From Octopus sinensis (lineage: Eukaryota), in NCBI RefSeq assembly GCF_006345805.1, contig NC_043020.1, positions 21,142,001-21,206,000 of the forward strand: DNA of 64,000 nt, given 5' to 3'. Below are positions 25,157 through 38,798 of this stretch, one piece after another. Under the pieces are notes generated by a model. It did no database searches and was not told the DNA's origin. It saw nothing but the letters and a program-made list of their open reading frames with translations. Made by a program: the position numbers and the translations under genes. The stretch's first letter is position 1; each line of letters opens with the position of its first letter.

Positions 25157-25605
25157 GTGCAGGAGTGGCTATATGGTAAGTAGCTTGCTTACCAACCACA
25201 TGGTTCTGGGTTCATTCCCACTGCGTGGCATCTTGGGCAAGTGCCTTCTACTATAGCCTCAGGCTAACCAAAGCCTTGTGAGTGGATTTGGTAGACGGAA
25301 AACGTATATACATATATACACACACATATATATATACACACATATATCTATGTGTGTGTGTGTATGATTGTGTGTCTGTGTTATTTGTGTTATTGTTTCA
25401 TCTTGATTGTGTGTGTTTGTCCCCCCAACATCACTTGACAACCAATGGTGGTGTGTTTACATCCCTGTAACTTAGCAGTTCAACAAAAGAGACCGATAGA
25501 ATAAGTACTAGGCTTACAAAGAATAAGTGCTGGGGTCGATTTGCTCAACTAAAGGTGGTGCTCCTGCATAGCCACAGTCAAATGACTGAAACAAGTAAAA
25601 GAGTA
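25157..25605 (+). mobile_element. tRNA-derived SINE (main family; other copies 24601-24740 +, 27570-27745 -, 32040-32465 +, 50625-50980 -)
   Basis: A-box TGGCTATATGGT, B-box GGTTCATTCCC, central TTGGGCAAGTG, an internal (TA/TG)n and the 3' end GACTGAAACAAGTAAAAGA. Confidence 0.8.
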
Positions 25606-26106
25606 ACACCATTTCCCCTATCCCTTTCATTATTTCTGTTCTTCAGTTTCACTGAATCATTCTGGAACATTTGACACATTTTACTGTTGATTAGAATGAA
25701 ATATAACTTGTATAAACAGAAATGAAAATATTACATTACTTTTTACATTCAGATTGTCTAATTTTACAGTTTGGCTGTGTTGTAAGAAGTTTGCTTCCCA
25801 ACATATGTTTGACTTTGTGTTTGTCCTCCACCTCACTACTACTTGACAACCAGTGCTGGTTTGTTTACATTTCCATAACTTAGTTAACTTGTACTAGGTA
25901 TGTTAACGATTGTTACTGTGATGTTAGCCAATCACTGTGTGTTGAGTTGCCATCTGTTCATTGTTTTTGTGTTGTGACCGAGCTCTAGCCAGCTGCTGGT
26001 TCAGCTACAGTCTGCTGACTACCATCTTCTGTGTCCAGTCTGATGTCTACTGTCTGTCAAGAGTGGCTAAAATGTGATGAATATATAGTGGTGATCTTGC
26101 TCGGAA

Positions 26107-26174
26107 AAGATGAAATTATTGTTAAATCCGGTTCCACTCAAAAGTGGAACCGGATTTAACAATAATTTCATCTT
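26107..26174. repeat. Perfect 32-bp hairpin with a 4-nt loop
   Basis: AAGATGAAATTATTGTTAAATCCGGTTCCACT-CAAA-AGTGGAACCGGATTTAACAATAATTTCATCTT. Confidence 0.95.
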
Positions 26175-26529
26175 GAACAGTCAGATGTTTTGATGATGTT
26201 GATAGCAAATTGCAATTGTATTCTTGAGATTTTGGGGGTTATTTGCATTCAGATATAATGATCTGAGTTCAAATTGATAAATATTCCTGCTACATATGCA
26301 TATATATATATATAGTATGAAGTCAGAAGTCTTGCAATATTTGGGGAACTTATTTGCTTCATTCTTGAAGTTACAATAAAAGTGGCCGAGCATTCAAAGT
26401 AGAGGCTATTGTGTTGCACCGTCTGAAGAACTCCTTCACTGAAGCTGCCACCTCCTCTTGCTTCATTCAGTGTCACAAGTACAGGAAATGAGCTATTGAT
26501 CAGAACAAATAATAATAATCCAAAATGTT

Positions 26530-26860
26530 ATAATTGATGTCTGCATCAGTTATATGTGGAATGAACTCCAAAGATATCACCCACTTCATAAGCAGTTGTC
26601 CACTGATGAGACATGGTGTTTTAGCCAAGACACTGTATAATGCAATCTGTCAGAAGGATAATCTTGAGGCCAAAGAAATAAAAATCCATAGTATGGTACA
26701 GGCCATAGCTGCTCATAATAAGAAGGAGTACAAGTGGAATGTCCCAATAAAGACCTCAATAAAATGTAAACATAAGAAACCTGGCATAGCTATTTGGGAT
26801 AGAGAAGAGACACTATGTACAGTAGTGGAAATTAATTGCCCAGCAAAAAGAAAATACCTA
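26530..26860 (+). mobile_element. Fragment of an RLE-type LINE endonuclease region
   Basis: ITHFISSCP...RHGVLA...WNVPIKTSIKCKHKKPGIAIWD...VVEINCP; homologous to 35750-36040. Confidence 0.75.
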
Positions 26861-27767
26861 CACTGAATGCTAAAGGGTTAAATACTGCTTTTTTGAAGGA
26901 ACAGTTATATTGTTTAGCAGAAAATCCAAGTTTATGTAGTTCCGTGTTCAATTTGTTTCTCAGATTATTGAGAGTAGTCAACCTTCATACATTATTAATG
27001 TTGACTACATGTTCACATTCAGCTGTATATTTTTGGAAGTGTTGGTTGAATATTGGTTATGCGATGATGCTTGATTGCATGCATATTTAATCCTAACACT
27101 CACAAATTTATATCTCAAAATGCTGCACTGAAGGTGAGAAATAAGTAGATAAATATAACTTTACTTTAATCTCGAAATGGGTTTGTAGCTAATCTGAGTC
27201 ATGTGGATTCATTATTTTTTCTTTTTGCCTACATAAAAAAAGTGTGTTACTGTTTGAGAGATCTTTATGGTAGCAGAAAAGGCATTTTAACTCCTATTTC
27301 TAAGTTCGGTGTGTGGCGAATCAATTACTTGACCCCTGATTATAATTATGTTTATAATTATAGAATATTTGTATATATCATCATCATCATCATCATCATC
27401 ATTTAACGTCTGCTTTCCATGTTAGCATGGGTTGGACGATTTGACTGAGAACTGGCGAACCAGTTGGCTGCGCCAGGATCCAATCTGATCTGGTAGAGCT
27501 TCTACAGCTGGATGCCCTTCCTAAAATGCCAACCACTCCGAGAGTGTAGTTATATATATATATATATACACGATGGGCTTCTTTCAGTTTCTGTCTACCA
27601 AATCCACTTTGGTTAGCCTGAGACTATAGTAGAAGACACTTGCCCAAGGTGCCATGCAGTGGACTGAACCCAGAACCATGGGGTTGGGAAGTAAGCTTCT
27701 TACCACACAGCCATGCATGTGCCTATACCACACAGCCACACCTGTGCCTAAATATATATATATATAT

Positions 27768-29050
27768 ATCATCATCATCATCATTGTTTAATGTCCGCTT
27801 TCTATGCTAGCATGGGTTGGACAAATGACTGAGGGCTGGCGAACCAGATGGCTGCACCTGGCTTCAATCTTGTTCTGGCAGAGTTTCTACAGCTGGATGC
27901 CCTTCCTAACGCCAACTACTCCGAGAGTGTAGTGGGTGCTTTTACGTACCACCGGCATGGGGCCAGTCAGGCAGTACTGGCAATGACCTCACTCAAACCT
28001 TTTACACATTCCACCGGCACAGGTGCCAGTAAGGTGAAGCTGGTAACGATAACGCTCGAATGGTGTCTTTTACATGCCACCGGCACGGAGGTCAGATAGC
28101 TGCTCTGGCAATGATCACGCTTGGATGGTGCTCTTAATACCCTACTAGCACGGGGCTTGAGTGTCAGTAAGGCGATGCTGGTAATGATCACGCTCAAATA
28201 GTGCTTTTAAGTGCCACTGGCATGGAAGCCGGTTAGCCACTCTGTCAATGATCACACTCGTATGGTGCTCTTTGCACCCCGCTAGCACGGACGCCAGTCA
28301 TCGAATTTGATTTTGATTTTTATTTTGATTTTGATTTTTGATTTCACTTGCCTCAACAGGTCTTCGCAAGCAGAGTTTTAGTGTCCAAGAAGGAAAAGGT
28401 ACGCATAACTGGGCTGGTAACGCCTCTGGCATAGGCCACGAGATTATGGTCTCACTTGGCTGGCCGGGTCTTCTCACGCATGGCATATTTCCAAAAGTCT
28501 CGGTCACTAGTCATTTCTTTGGTGAGGCTTAAAGTTCGAAGGTTGTGCTTCACCACTTCATCCCGGGCCTTCCTGGGTCTACCTCTTCCACAGGTTCCCT
28601 TAACTGCTAGGGTGTGGCACTTTTTCACACAGCTGTCCTCATCCATTCTCGCCACATGACCATACCAGCGCAGTCGTCTCTCTTGCACACCACATCTGAT
28701 GCTTCTTAAGTCCAACATTTCTCTCAAGGTACAAGGTACTTACACTCTGTCAAGTGTGCACACTGACATTACGCATTACGCATCCATCAGATCATACTGG
28801 CTTCATTCCTTGCGAGCTTATGTATGTCCTCAGCAGTCACAGCCCATGTTTCACTGCCATGTAGCATGGCTGTTCGTACACATACATCACACAGTCTACC
28901 TTTTACTCTGAGCGAGAGGCCCTTTGTCAACAGCAGAGGTAAGAGCTCTCTGAACTTTGCCCAAGCTATTCTTATTCTAGCAGCTACTGACTTGGTCACC
29001 TAGGTAACGGAAGCTATCAACTACTTCTAGTTTTCCTCCTTGGAATGTGT
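27768..29050 (-). mobile_element. 5'-truncated RTE LINE (PHD family) with an (ATC)n tail
   Basis: AWAKFRELLPLL, RRLRWYGHVARM and GRGRPRK, plus the repeated 3' UTR motif GTGCTTTTACGTGCCACCGGCA. Confidence 0.88.
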
Positions 29051-29816
29051 ACATATATAAAGGACAAGTGAGTAAGTACACAGGCTTAGACACATGCACA
29101 TATATAATATCATATATAGATTTTATCCTAAATTTTTAAATATTTAAACATGTTGCCAGACATAGGTCTTCCAGCAGCCACCCTATTGACACGGGGCAGT
29201 ACTACCCCCTCCAGGCACTTGATGTTGTCCATGTGGGAAGATGAATGAAGGTTGACTTTGCCTTTCATCATTTCAGGGTCGATTAAATAAGTACCAGTTA
29301 CGTACTGGAGTCAATATAATCGACTTAATCTGTTTGTCTGTCCTTGTTTGTCCCCTCTGTGTTTGGCCCCTTGTGGGTAATAAAGAAATAGATGTTGACT
29401 GGATATTTGGTTTTTATCATGTTTTGGGGACACAGCAAGCCAACGGATGTTGTTCACCATTTGTTTGTGTTGGAACTTCTGGCATGAATGCCAAGCAGTA
29501 CAGCATTTCATTACCAAATTTCTGGCAGAGTGAATTGTGTCATAGTGCTGTTTCTCTTACAGGCAGTACCCAACTGACCCTACTATACTGTGTAGTCAAC
29601 AAAGTCAAAAACAAACAATTCATGAAATTAAAAATACAAAATGGCAACAATTTACTCATTGCACTCTGTATATATATATATATGAGTATTATATTATATA
29701 AGTGTAGCATTATGATGTATAAGTTTTTATATTTTACATTTTTATATTTTTATATTTTTATATTTATATGTATATGGTTATATAATATTTTTCACAATTA
29801 TAACAAATTTAATTTA

Positions 29817-29930
29817 ATTCTCTGAAGAGGCCGTGGGGCATCCTTGTTAATGCCTCATTTATACCTGCCTTTATGGCTTATAGGTTAAATGAGGTATGAC
29901 TGCCCTCACTGCCGAAACAGCTGTCAGTTT
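29817..29930 (+). ncRNA. Type I hammerhead ribozyme motif with an extended stem II
   Basis: CTGAAGA-GGC CGTGGGGCA...TGCCCTCACT GCC-GAAAC-AGCT-GTC, with palindrome ACAGCTGT. Stem I has only 2 good pairs. Confidence 0.6.
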
Positions 29931-30118
29931 TGATTTAATTGCATATTATATTTGAAATTTTTACTTATATCTCTTTATCTTTTTACTATTACTGTATATC
30001 TCATTTTGTATAATGCTTTTACTCATATGTAATGGTGTATTAAAGTATTGATTGGGTATCATCGGATAGTTGATGTTTTATTGATTTAAGTATGTTTCTC
30101 CATTCTCTAATTTTGTAG

Positions 30119-30163
<45 letters not shown>

Positions 30164-30409
30164 ATCGTCATCATTATTATCATCATTATCGTCATTTGAC
30201 ATCCATGTTCCATGCTAGCATGGGTGTGACAGTACCACAAGAGCCACCTGGGCCGAAGCCTGCACCAGACTTCTGTGACTGTTTTAGCAAGGTTTTTACA
30301 GCTGAATGCTTTCCTAACACCAACCACTCAGCAGAATGGACTTAGTGCTTTTTATGTGGCACAAGCACAAGGAAGGTGAGTTGTGCTTTTCGTGTGGCAC
30401 AAGCACAGG

Positions 30410-30657
30410 CTTCCACCTTTCCAACCATTAAGTCTTTTTTGAAGGGAAAGCACTTTTCAGATGATGATGAACTTATTTCCAGATGCAACCTACTGCCTTC
30501 TACAGACAAGGTCTTCACAGCTGCATAAAGCAGTGGGAGAAGTGCGTTACCTTTGGTGGTTGTTATGTAGTGAAGGACTAATAATTATGTCAAGTTTCAT
30601 TTATCCTAGTCCTTGAGATGTGGATCAGGGGAAATCATTAATGAACATCACTCGTAC
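30410..30657 (+). mobile_element. Mariner 3' fragment
   Basis: Frameshifted FHLF/...IKSFLKGKHFSDDDEL, followed by a terminus-like sequence ending CTCGTA. Confidence 0.55.
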
Positions 30658-30766
30658 ATCAATTAAAATTCCCCTTTTATGTAGTTTTTACTTTTGTGAC
30701 CCAACTATCAGGAAATAGATATAATATAATTTCTAAACTAAATGGTTACATTTCTGAAGACAAAAC

Positions 30767-31663
30767 GTGGTATCAAAAAATTCCCAAACTAGTTATGTTT
30801 AAAAAAAAAATTTATTTACCCAAATTTTAACATCTCCTTTGAAATAGTCACTTGCACAGCAATACACTGATCCTAGCAGTCCTGCCACTTTTGGAATCCA
30901 ACCTGGAAGTTGTTTTTCTGTAAATGAGTCCAGGACCTTCTGTAATTCACTCTTGATCTCGACAATGGTATTAAAACAGTGACCTTTGAGCTGCATTTTC
31001 CTTTTGGGGAAGAGATGGAAGTCCACAGGTGCTAAATCTGGGGAATAGGGCAGGTACAGAAATGATACCATGTTGTTTTTGGCAATAAACTCACAAGTGT
31101 GGAGAGCTCGGTGACAGGGCACATTGTTGTGAAGAACCCAATTCTTTGTGTTCCACACATCTGGGGTCGCTTTTGCTGAATGTCCTCCCTCAAATGCTTC
31201 AAAACATCATTGATTCTCCTCCAACGATCCTCATGCACAAGCTGATGAATTTTCTCCACATTTCCAAAGGTGATGGTCATGGCAGGTCTTCCATATCACT
31301 TATTATCTTCCAGGGATATTTTTGAAATACCTGTGTCACTTGAAACATTATGTACGACCCATTGCCTCATCACCATAAGCTTGCTGAAGCATGCTCAATG
31401 TCTCTGTAGCAGACTTCCCTAGTTTAAAGCAAAATTTCACATTAGCTCTTTGTTCCAACTTTTTGTCCGTGACAAAATTGCAGACTACAGCATACAGCTG
31501 ATCACAAGAACACAAATTTCACAACTTGCAAAGTAAACACAGTGATGTCACTTGGCACACTGATTCATGAAGGTCACTGCTGGCTCTCACTGAGCATACA
31601 CACATGTACTGCTATCTGTTGGCATGCTACAAAACTGGTCTGGGAACTTTTTGAAGTTCCTTA
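30767..31663 (-). mobile_element. Internally deleted mariner (5'-end relic of the same family at 59383-59600)
   Basis: Imperfect TIRs GGTATCAAAAAATTCCCAAACTAGTT / AACTGGTCTGGGAACTTTTTGA; motifs LHNNVPCH and YSPDLAPVDFHLF. Confidence 0.8.
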
Positions 31664-32884
31664 TAAAGGAACTTATAAGTTTATGTCTGCCACTGGTACA
31701 ACAATACAACTGCAGTTTGTCTTTCTTTTAAAGATAGACTAGGTCATGCCCAAATCTTGTCCTTGTCAAATGAAATAAGTTTAAAAGAACATTATTTATT
31801 GTTTGGAACACAACATATGTATAACCTAATCTGACTGGATAATATATTTACAATACAATCTGACAGATGTGTGTGTATATATATATATATATAACTGCTG
31901 TGTATCACATTTTCCTCTTTTGTGATTTAGTTATTTCAAATACTCTCAACCTTTTCTGTAAAATTTCTTGTGACTCAAATTACATTTTTTCTTAACTTGA
32001 TAATCATATTTTTCATTTACATATAACAGTAATAAAAAGGTTGGCTGTGTGTTAAGAAGCTTGCTTCCCAACCACATGATTCCAGATTCAGTTCCACTGC
32101 ATGGCACCTTGGGCAAGTGTCTTTTACTATAGCCTCATGCTGACTGAAGCCTTGTGAGTGGATTTGGTTGACAGAAACTGAAAGAAACCCATCGTGTGTG
32201 TGTGTGTGTGTGTGTATGAGTATGTATATATATCTATGCGCATGTTTTTGTGTCTGTGTTTGTCCCCCACCCCCACTGCTTTACAACCAGTGTTCATATG
32301 TTTACATCCCCATAACTTAGTGATTCAACACAAGAGACCAATAGAATAAGTACTAGGCTATAAAAAATAAGTCATGCAGTCGATTTGTTCAACTAAAACC
32401 CTTCAAGGCAGTGCTCTAGCATGGCCACAGTCTTGTAACTGAAACTAGTAAAAGAATAAAAGAATACTATATATGCCCATTATCTGTGAATTTAGAAATT
32501 ATAATTATTCAAATACTGTCATTCAAAACTTTAGCAAAGAACAATTCCTTCTATTAACAGGTTTCATTCTAAGAAGGAAATAGTTATATAATACACCATG
32601 GACTCAAACAAATACTATAAATATTAATTATCTATGTATTAAGAAGTAAATTTTTTCTGATTCATTATATCACAGCTAATTCAAACTCGAAACTCCCTGA
32701 ATAAACTCAATAAATTGGTTATATTTTCATGGGTATAACTTTCAGCCTTAATATATGTACCGACACAGGACAAAGTTTGATGACATGTCAGCTGCAGCTC
32801 TAAAATACATTGAATTTAATATCATATCAAAAAAGCAGATAATTCCTTCTGCTCAGTGTCACATCTGTCTTTATACTGTGAGAA

Positions 32885-32927
<43 letters not shown>

Positions 32928-33162
32928 TATGTATGACATTGTTTGCCTCTACTTTTCAAGCTAATGTTTTCCATGTGAGTATATTAAAGATTGTAATTAT
33001 TTATATTCAAGGCAATAATTATAATCTTGGCTGTCACTTTATTTGTACATCATATTGGATCTTGGCTAGCATAGTTTTTCAAAATGAAAAGGAGATCCAT
33101 AAGACTTTGATCAATTTTAATTTTCCAAGAAAAAATAACTTTGGCTTTCAAGTAGTCCCTTG

Positions 33163-36100
33163 AGGAGAGAGTATTCTCTACCAAAGTAAGTAAAAAAAAA
33201 CACCAGATACAGTATTAAAGCTATTAACGAAATTGATGATGAGTATTTACAACGGTGTGATGAACCTATATACTGGCAATTAACGCCTGTCTATACGCTC
33301 TGGCTACTACTGTAAAACAGTGCATGCATGATATTCAGAAAGTAAACAAAACCGAAATAACAAAGAAAGAACCATCATGGGTTTTGAAGACAGAGAAAAA
33401 GATAACTGGTTTACGGAAGACCATTAGTCATGTAATGATGCTTATTGCATGCAAACAAGCAAATCACTATACGTCCAACCAACAGAAAGTAAAGAAGGAG
33501 GCAGAAATAATGTTTGGAGACAGCAAAAAGAGGACACACTGACAAACTGATTACCCTAAAGTATGAGTTAAAAGCTGTCAGTGTAAAACTCCGACATCAG
33601 AAGAGAATAACCGAGAAAAGAACAATAAACCAAAAGTTTAACCGCAACCAGGCAGCAGTATACAGAGACATGAGAGGAGGAGCAGTAAACATCACGGAAG
33701 CTTCTTCACGAGAAGTCATAGATTCCTTCTGGAGGAAAATCTGGAGTGAAGAGAAAGAATTTAACCAAGATGCTCTGTGGCTGGAAGAAATCTGAAATCC
33801 AAGACATACAACATTGATGGTGAAACTATTGCAACAGAGTGATCCAGAAACTCCAGGATGGAAAAGCACCTGGAAGAGACTTAATTGTTGGATATTGGTA
33901 CAAGATGCTAACATTCTACCGACCATATTTTATCAATCTGTACAGCAAGCTTTCATTAGGAACAGTAGCATACAACACTGGTTAGCTTTGGCAGAGACAA
34001 AATTGATACCCAAATGCAGAACCAGCTACATAGCAAAAATCTACTGACAATTGCATGACAGAATTTAATGTATAAGATATATAAAGCATGTTTAACCCTT
34101 TAGTATTTAAACCGGCCATATCCGGCCAAAATAGCTAATCTGTTTTATGTTCAAACTGACCAGATCCAGCCTCTCACACCTACCCTACAATGTTATTCTA
34201 CATTAAGTAATTACACCATCAAGATCTTGAAGATATGAGATAATGCATGATTAATTCAAATCAATGGGAATCAATAAGCATTATGTTTGATTGAATAATC
34301 TGAACACTAAAGGGTTAAACCTCTTCCTCAGGGACCATTGTGAAACTAGTAACATCATCACAGCAGAACAAGCAGCTGGGAAGACGGGAGTCTAGAGATG
34401 TACCGAGCAATTGCTAATCAACAAAACTGTGATGTCAGAGGTGTGAGAGCATAGTACAAACCTAGTTTTAATGTGGCTAGGCTACAAGAAAGTCTTTGAC
34501 TTTGTTCCCTACTCATGGATGCTAGAAGCCCTAAAGTTCCAATGAGAATAGTGAAAGCCATAGCTGACCTGACTTCATCATGGGCCACCATCTTGAAATT
34601 AAACACAAAGAGTGACTGTATTATCACTGATAGAATACAATATCATAAAGGTATATTCCAAGGAGACAGCCTCTCTGTGATGTTGTTTATACTTTCTGTA
34701 AACCCCTTGTCATTCATGTAAAGGAAATCTGAAGGATATCTCACTGGTTCACAAGGAAACAGAAATACCAAAATTACACAGTTTCTTTGTGGATAACTTA
34801 AAACTTTATGCAATGAATATGCATGAGATGAAAAAGAGTCTTGACCTAGTTACAACATTCTCAAAGGATGTAGGATTGGAGTTTGGTCAGGATAAATGTT
34901 GTTATATGGTTGTGAAAAGAGGGAAAACTATAAACCAGACTAGTAACATGTCCATCAATGATTTGACTGTCTCCCCTGTATCTGACGAGGAATGTTACAG
35001 GTATCTAGGGGTGAATGAAAACATATCTTACAATGGCACCTGTAACAAAACATGTGTCACTAAAGAATATTACAACCAAATAAAGAAAATTTGGACCTCA
35101 GAACTCTGCATTCAATAAAACTGTAGCCCACAATGTGTTTGCAGTGCCAGTACGCATACCAACATTTGGCCTGCTTGATTGGATGCTTGATGAGATCTGA
35201 ACCATTGATGTGAAAACCCAAAAAATACTAACAAGCACACACAATTCCCACACAAACAGTGATGTAGACTGCCCCTACCTAAAATGAAAATGAGAAAGTA
35301 GAGGCTTTGAATGTTGTATAATATCTCTTTGGCAGTGTCTTTGAACCACCAAGTGTCAAAGTGCATCCTTTGACTAAGTTTGCATACATGAAGCTGATAA
35401 CATCATAAGACTTAGAAGGCAGCTCCTTGAGCAACACTCTTTGTCTGATAACCTAGAATACATGCCCAAAGAAATTGTACAACTCTACTGCAACATATCA
35501 TCAAATGAAAGGTTGAGCCCATATGAGCAGGAGGCTATTCATGAATATGTTAGTAGAAAGCTACGTGATGATAGTAACATTGAGCATCAAAATAGTTTAT
35601 CTTGGACTAATAGCCGGATTACTACCTCCCACTTTGAAAGATATGCATTTTCAATCCAGAAACAGGAAATATCAACCTGATGCACAAAAAGGATAGAGAT
35701 GCAGGAAAAGCTGTAAAATGTGACAACCAATGCAGACTTTGTGAAGTTCACACTGAATATATCTCCCACATTATAAGCAGTTGTCCAAAAATGTCATCAC
35801 GATATTATCTACCGATGAAACATGATGTTGTAGCTAGGACACAGCACAATGAAATCTGTCAGAAGGATAATCCCAGGACAAAGAAATAAGAAGCCACAAT
35901 ATGGTAGAAGCATAGCCAAGGAATACTGGTGGAATGTACCAGTAAAGGCCTCAATAAAATGTAAGCGCAACAGACCAGATATAATGATCTGGGCTACAGA
36001 CAAGAAACTGCGCACAGTTGTGAAAATTAGCTGCCCAGTGGATGTTAATATAAAATTGAAGATCAGTGAAAAAGAGAACACCTACGCTAAACTATTGAGA

Positions 36101-36310
36101 AATCTGCAGTTACTCTATCCAGATTACAAGTTCAGGTTTATACCTGTAACTATTGGGGCCCTAGGATATGTAACACACTGCCTAAATACCAATCTTGAGA
36201 AATTAGGCTTCTCAAAACCAGAGAGGAGAAAGCTGATTTGATGACTACAGATCCAAGCCATCACTGGAACTGTAAAACTCTCTAAACCTTTCCAGAAGTT
36301 TATCATTTAA
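33163..36310 (+). mobile_element. Decayed R4/Dong-like non-LTR retrotransposon (RT + CCHC + restriction-like endonuclease)
   Basis: GIFQGDSLS, DNLKLY, YRYLG, CRLC...HIISSCP, KHDVVA and RPDIMIW...ISCP...KENTY. Confidence 0.85.
34096..34314. mobile_element. piggyBac-type MITE inserted in the RLE LINE
   Basis: TTAA|CCCTTTAGT ... ACTAAAGGG|TTAA, giving a TTAA TSD and CCC-starting TIRs. Confidence 0.85.
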
Positions 36311-37312
36311 GTATATATGAAGACATCTAAACATACAACTATATGCACGAAAATACATACATAAATCAACCCATACAAATCTGCATATATACATACAAAA
36401 ATACTCTGTTGATGTTGTTGAAATTCCAATGAAGGACCCTTGGATCTAGGTTAGAAACCAGCTCTTTATTGACAAGAAATTTTGAAATAAAACTGAATAA
36501 TGACATACATACATATGTACATACATCCCTCCCTCCCTCCCTCCATCCATCCATCCATACATACATACATACATACATGCATACATACATACATGTATAC
36601 AAATACATCTATGTAAATAATGATTGAAGATATATAAATAGGTAATGGGTGTATATGCATATTTCAGGAGTTATTGCTCCTTCTTCAGCACCACATCCAC
36701 CCTACTAAACCATCCATGAATACATCTCTTAAATACTCGCTAAGTTTAGCAGTATTGGATAACCCAACTGTGTTGTTGAAGAAGAAGCAAGAACTCCTGA
36801 AATATGCACCCTTTACCTATTTTGATATCTTCAATTGCAATGTGTATAAATGTATTTGTATACAGAACATCATAACTTTCATTTCTGGCTCCAAATTCTT
36901 TTGAATATCTGTAGAGATAAACTTAAAATTGAAAACAACACAATGCTAACACAAAAGCAGGACATAGTGTTAACTTATAAACCCTTAATGAACTTGATAG
37001 TATATTATGGTTGTCAAATGAAATACAGTGTTCCTACCAACAGCATTAAAAATATTTTGTTTCTTATATATTATAACTTATTGTGTCTCCAGAAGATAAT
37101 CTCTAACCAGTTAGTTATAATGTGAACCAGGCTATTATAGTTCTTCCAGAGACTGTTATTAGTTCAGTGGTCTTGTGAGCCCCAGAATCTATTGCTGGAG
37201 GTGTGGGGAAGAAATATGCTAATTATTTGTGAAATTTTCTCACTAATTTACCAATTCTGAGACTCCTAACCTTCTTATATTTGTCTATCTCTTATTTTCT
37301 TTTCAAAAATAG

Positions 37313-37548
37313 ATCTGCTGAGGTTTCAGAAACAGTCCAAGCAAAGAGCATTGGGAAATTTTGCTGTTCTAGTAAGACCTGTGCTGCTTCCATTGTTTAT
37401 TTGTCACTGTTCTACAATGTGTTTGTTTGCAGTGGGGTACCAATATCTTTGGGTGTCATGTACCCTGAACTCAAAGCAAGTTTCTCCAGTACAAATGCTG
37501 AAGCAGCAACTATTGTATCATTAGCAATGGGTCTCCTCACATCTGGTG
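37313..37548 (+). CDS. Internal coding exon of an SLC16/monocarboxylate transporter-like MFS gene (TM1-TM2 region)
   Basis: Polypyrimidine tract plus AG acceptor (37311-37312) and GTAAGT donor (37549). It encodes SAEVSETV...IVYLSLFYNVFVCSGVPISLGVMYPELKASFSSTNAEAATIVSLAMGLLTSG, which is MCT-like (G-x-x-x-S-x-G-V-x-Y-x-E-L...F). It ends in phase 1, matching the next exon. The upstream exon with the start codon was not identified. Confidence 0.8.
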
Positions 37549-37669
37549 GTAAGTTTCTACATTTCTTTTCTAACACTATTATAATCATTTTGGACTATTT
37601 GTACTTGCCTGCCTCAGTGTGTATTTTGTGTGTGTGTGTGGGTGTGATAGAGAAAGAAAGAGAGAGAGA

Positions 37670-37710
<41 letters not shown>

Positions 37711-38798
37711 ACACACACACACACAGGAATAGTATTAAGATGTTTGGTTTCTGATCTAGCAGTTCAAGCTTTCCCACTAGTTGTACCAATAACTCTACCT
37801 CTCCAATCTTGCCTGACTAGCAAAGAGGAACTATATTTTATTATAAGTCCTAGTTCAGGTTTATAGAGAGTCAATAGGTATGAGAATAACAAAGGCTATT
37901 CTTAGGGAAGCAATCTTTTAGCAATAGCGAGGTTTAAAATGCAGAACCATTTTGAAGGTTTTAGTTGTGTGTTCTCTGAGTTAGAAGATTGTTTGTTTAT
38001 TATTTTTTTTTACACACAGTAATTGTCTATATGTACTATTGAAGGAGAGAAGAATATATTCAAAATTTCTCTTCTTAGAGGCAACCAAATTCATTCACAA
38101 GGCCTTGGTCAGTTTTGAGTTATAGTTGAAAATACTTTTGTCTTTCTAGAAACACCTCCATTTATCATCATCTTCCCTGCCCATTGTTTCCACCAGTCAC
38201 TTCCTTCCTCTGCCTTCAGCCACTACTCTCTCTCTTTCTCTCTCTCCCCACTGCTTTACTCCATCTTTAACACCTCTCTTATTTGCTACCACTCCCAATG
38301 CCCTCACACATCTCCCCATAACCCACCCCACCCCATGCTACTCCTGTATATCTTACCATCACTTACTACAGTCACCTCTATCCCATCTGGAACCATTTCT
38401 CCTCACATTCTTATGAAACTGTCCTCTCTATCCCCCTGCCCTCCCACTCAGCTCAATCCTCTATCATTTCATGGCTATTTACCACAAATTCTCTTTTTCT
38501 CTAAGTCTGTCTTTCTCTCCTTTATTTTCCAGCTGAGCTATACTTGTGTCTCTTCCACAGTAGGACTCTTATCTTCATTCCTCTATTATTCTTTTTAATC
38601 TTTCATCAGCTGATACTAAGGCACTTCTCTCCTCTCAATAATACTCCCCCTCCAATATAAGGTGTCTTTGTTTTGCAATTCACTTGGTGACCCTGCAAGT
38701 GCTGGTGCCATGTAAAAACTCTGTAAAGTACACTCTGTAAAGTAGTTAATATTAGGAAGAGCATCCAACCGTAGAAACCATGCAAAACATATATATAT

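Noticed and set aside
25157-25230. tRNA-like A/B boxes
   Set aside because: These are SINE heads with no complete cloverleaf, present in multiple decayed copies.
26181-26476. Overlapping minus-strand ORFs with protein-like composition
   Set aside because: No recognisable motif, interrupted by (TA)n; probably a retroelement relic but unassignable.
27900-28300. Regularly spaced repeats (GTGCTTTTACGTGCCACCGGCA about every 60 nt) resembling a CRISPR array; also 38970-39420
   Set aside because: The repeats are degenerate, the spacers are mutually similar, the context is eukaryotic with no cas genes, and they lie in the RTE 3' UTR.
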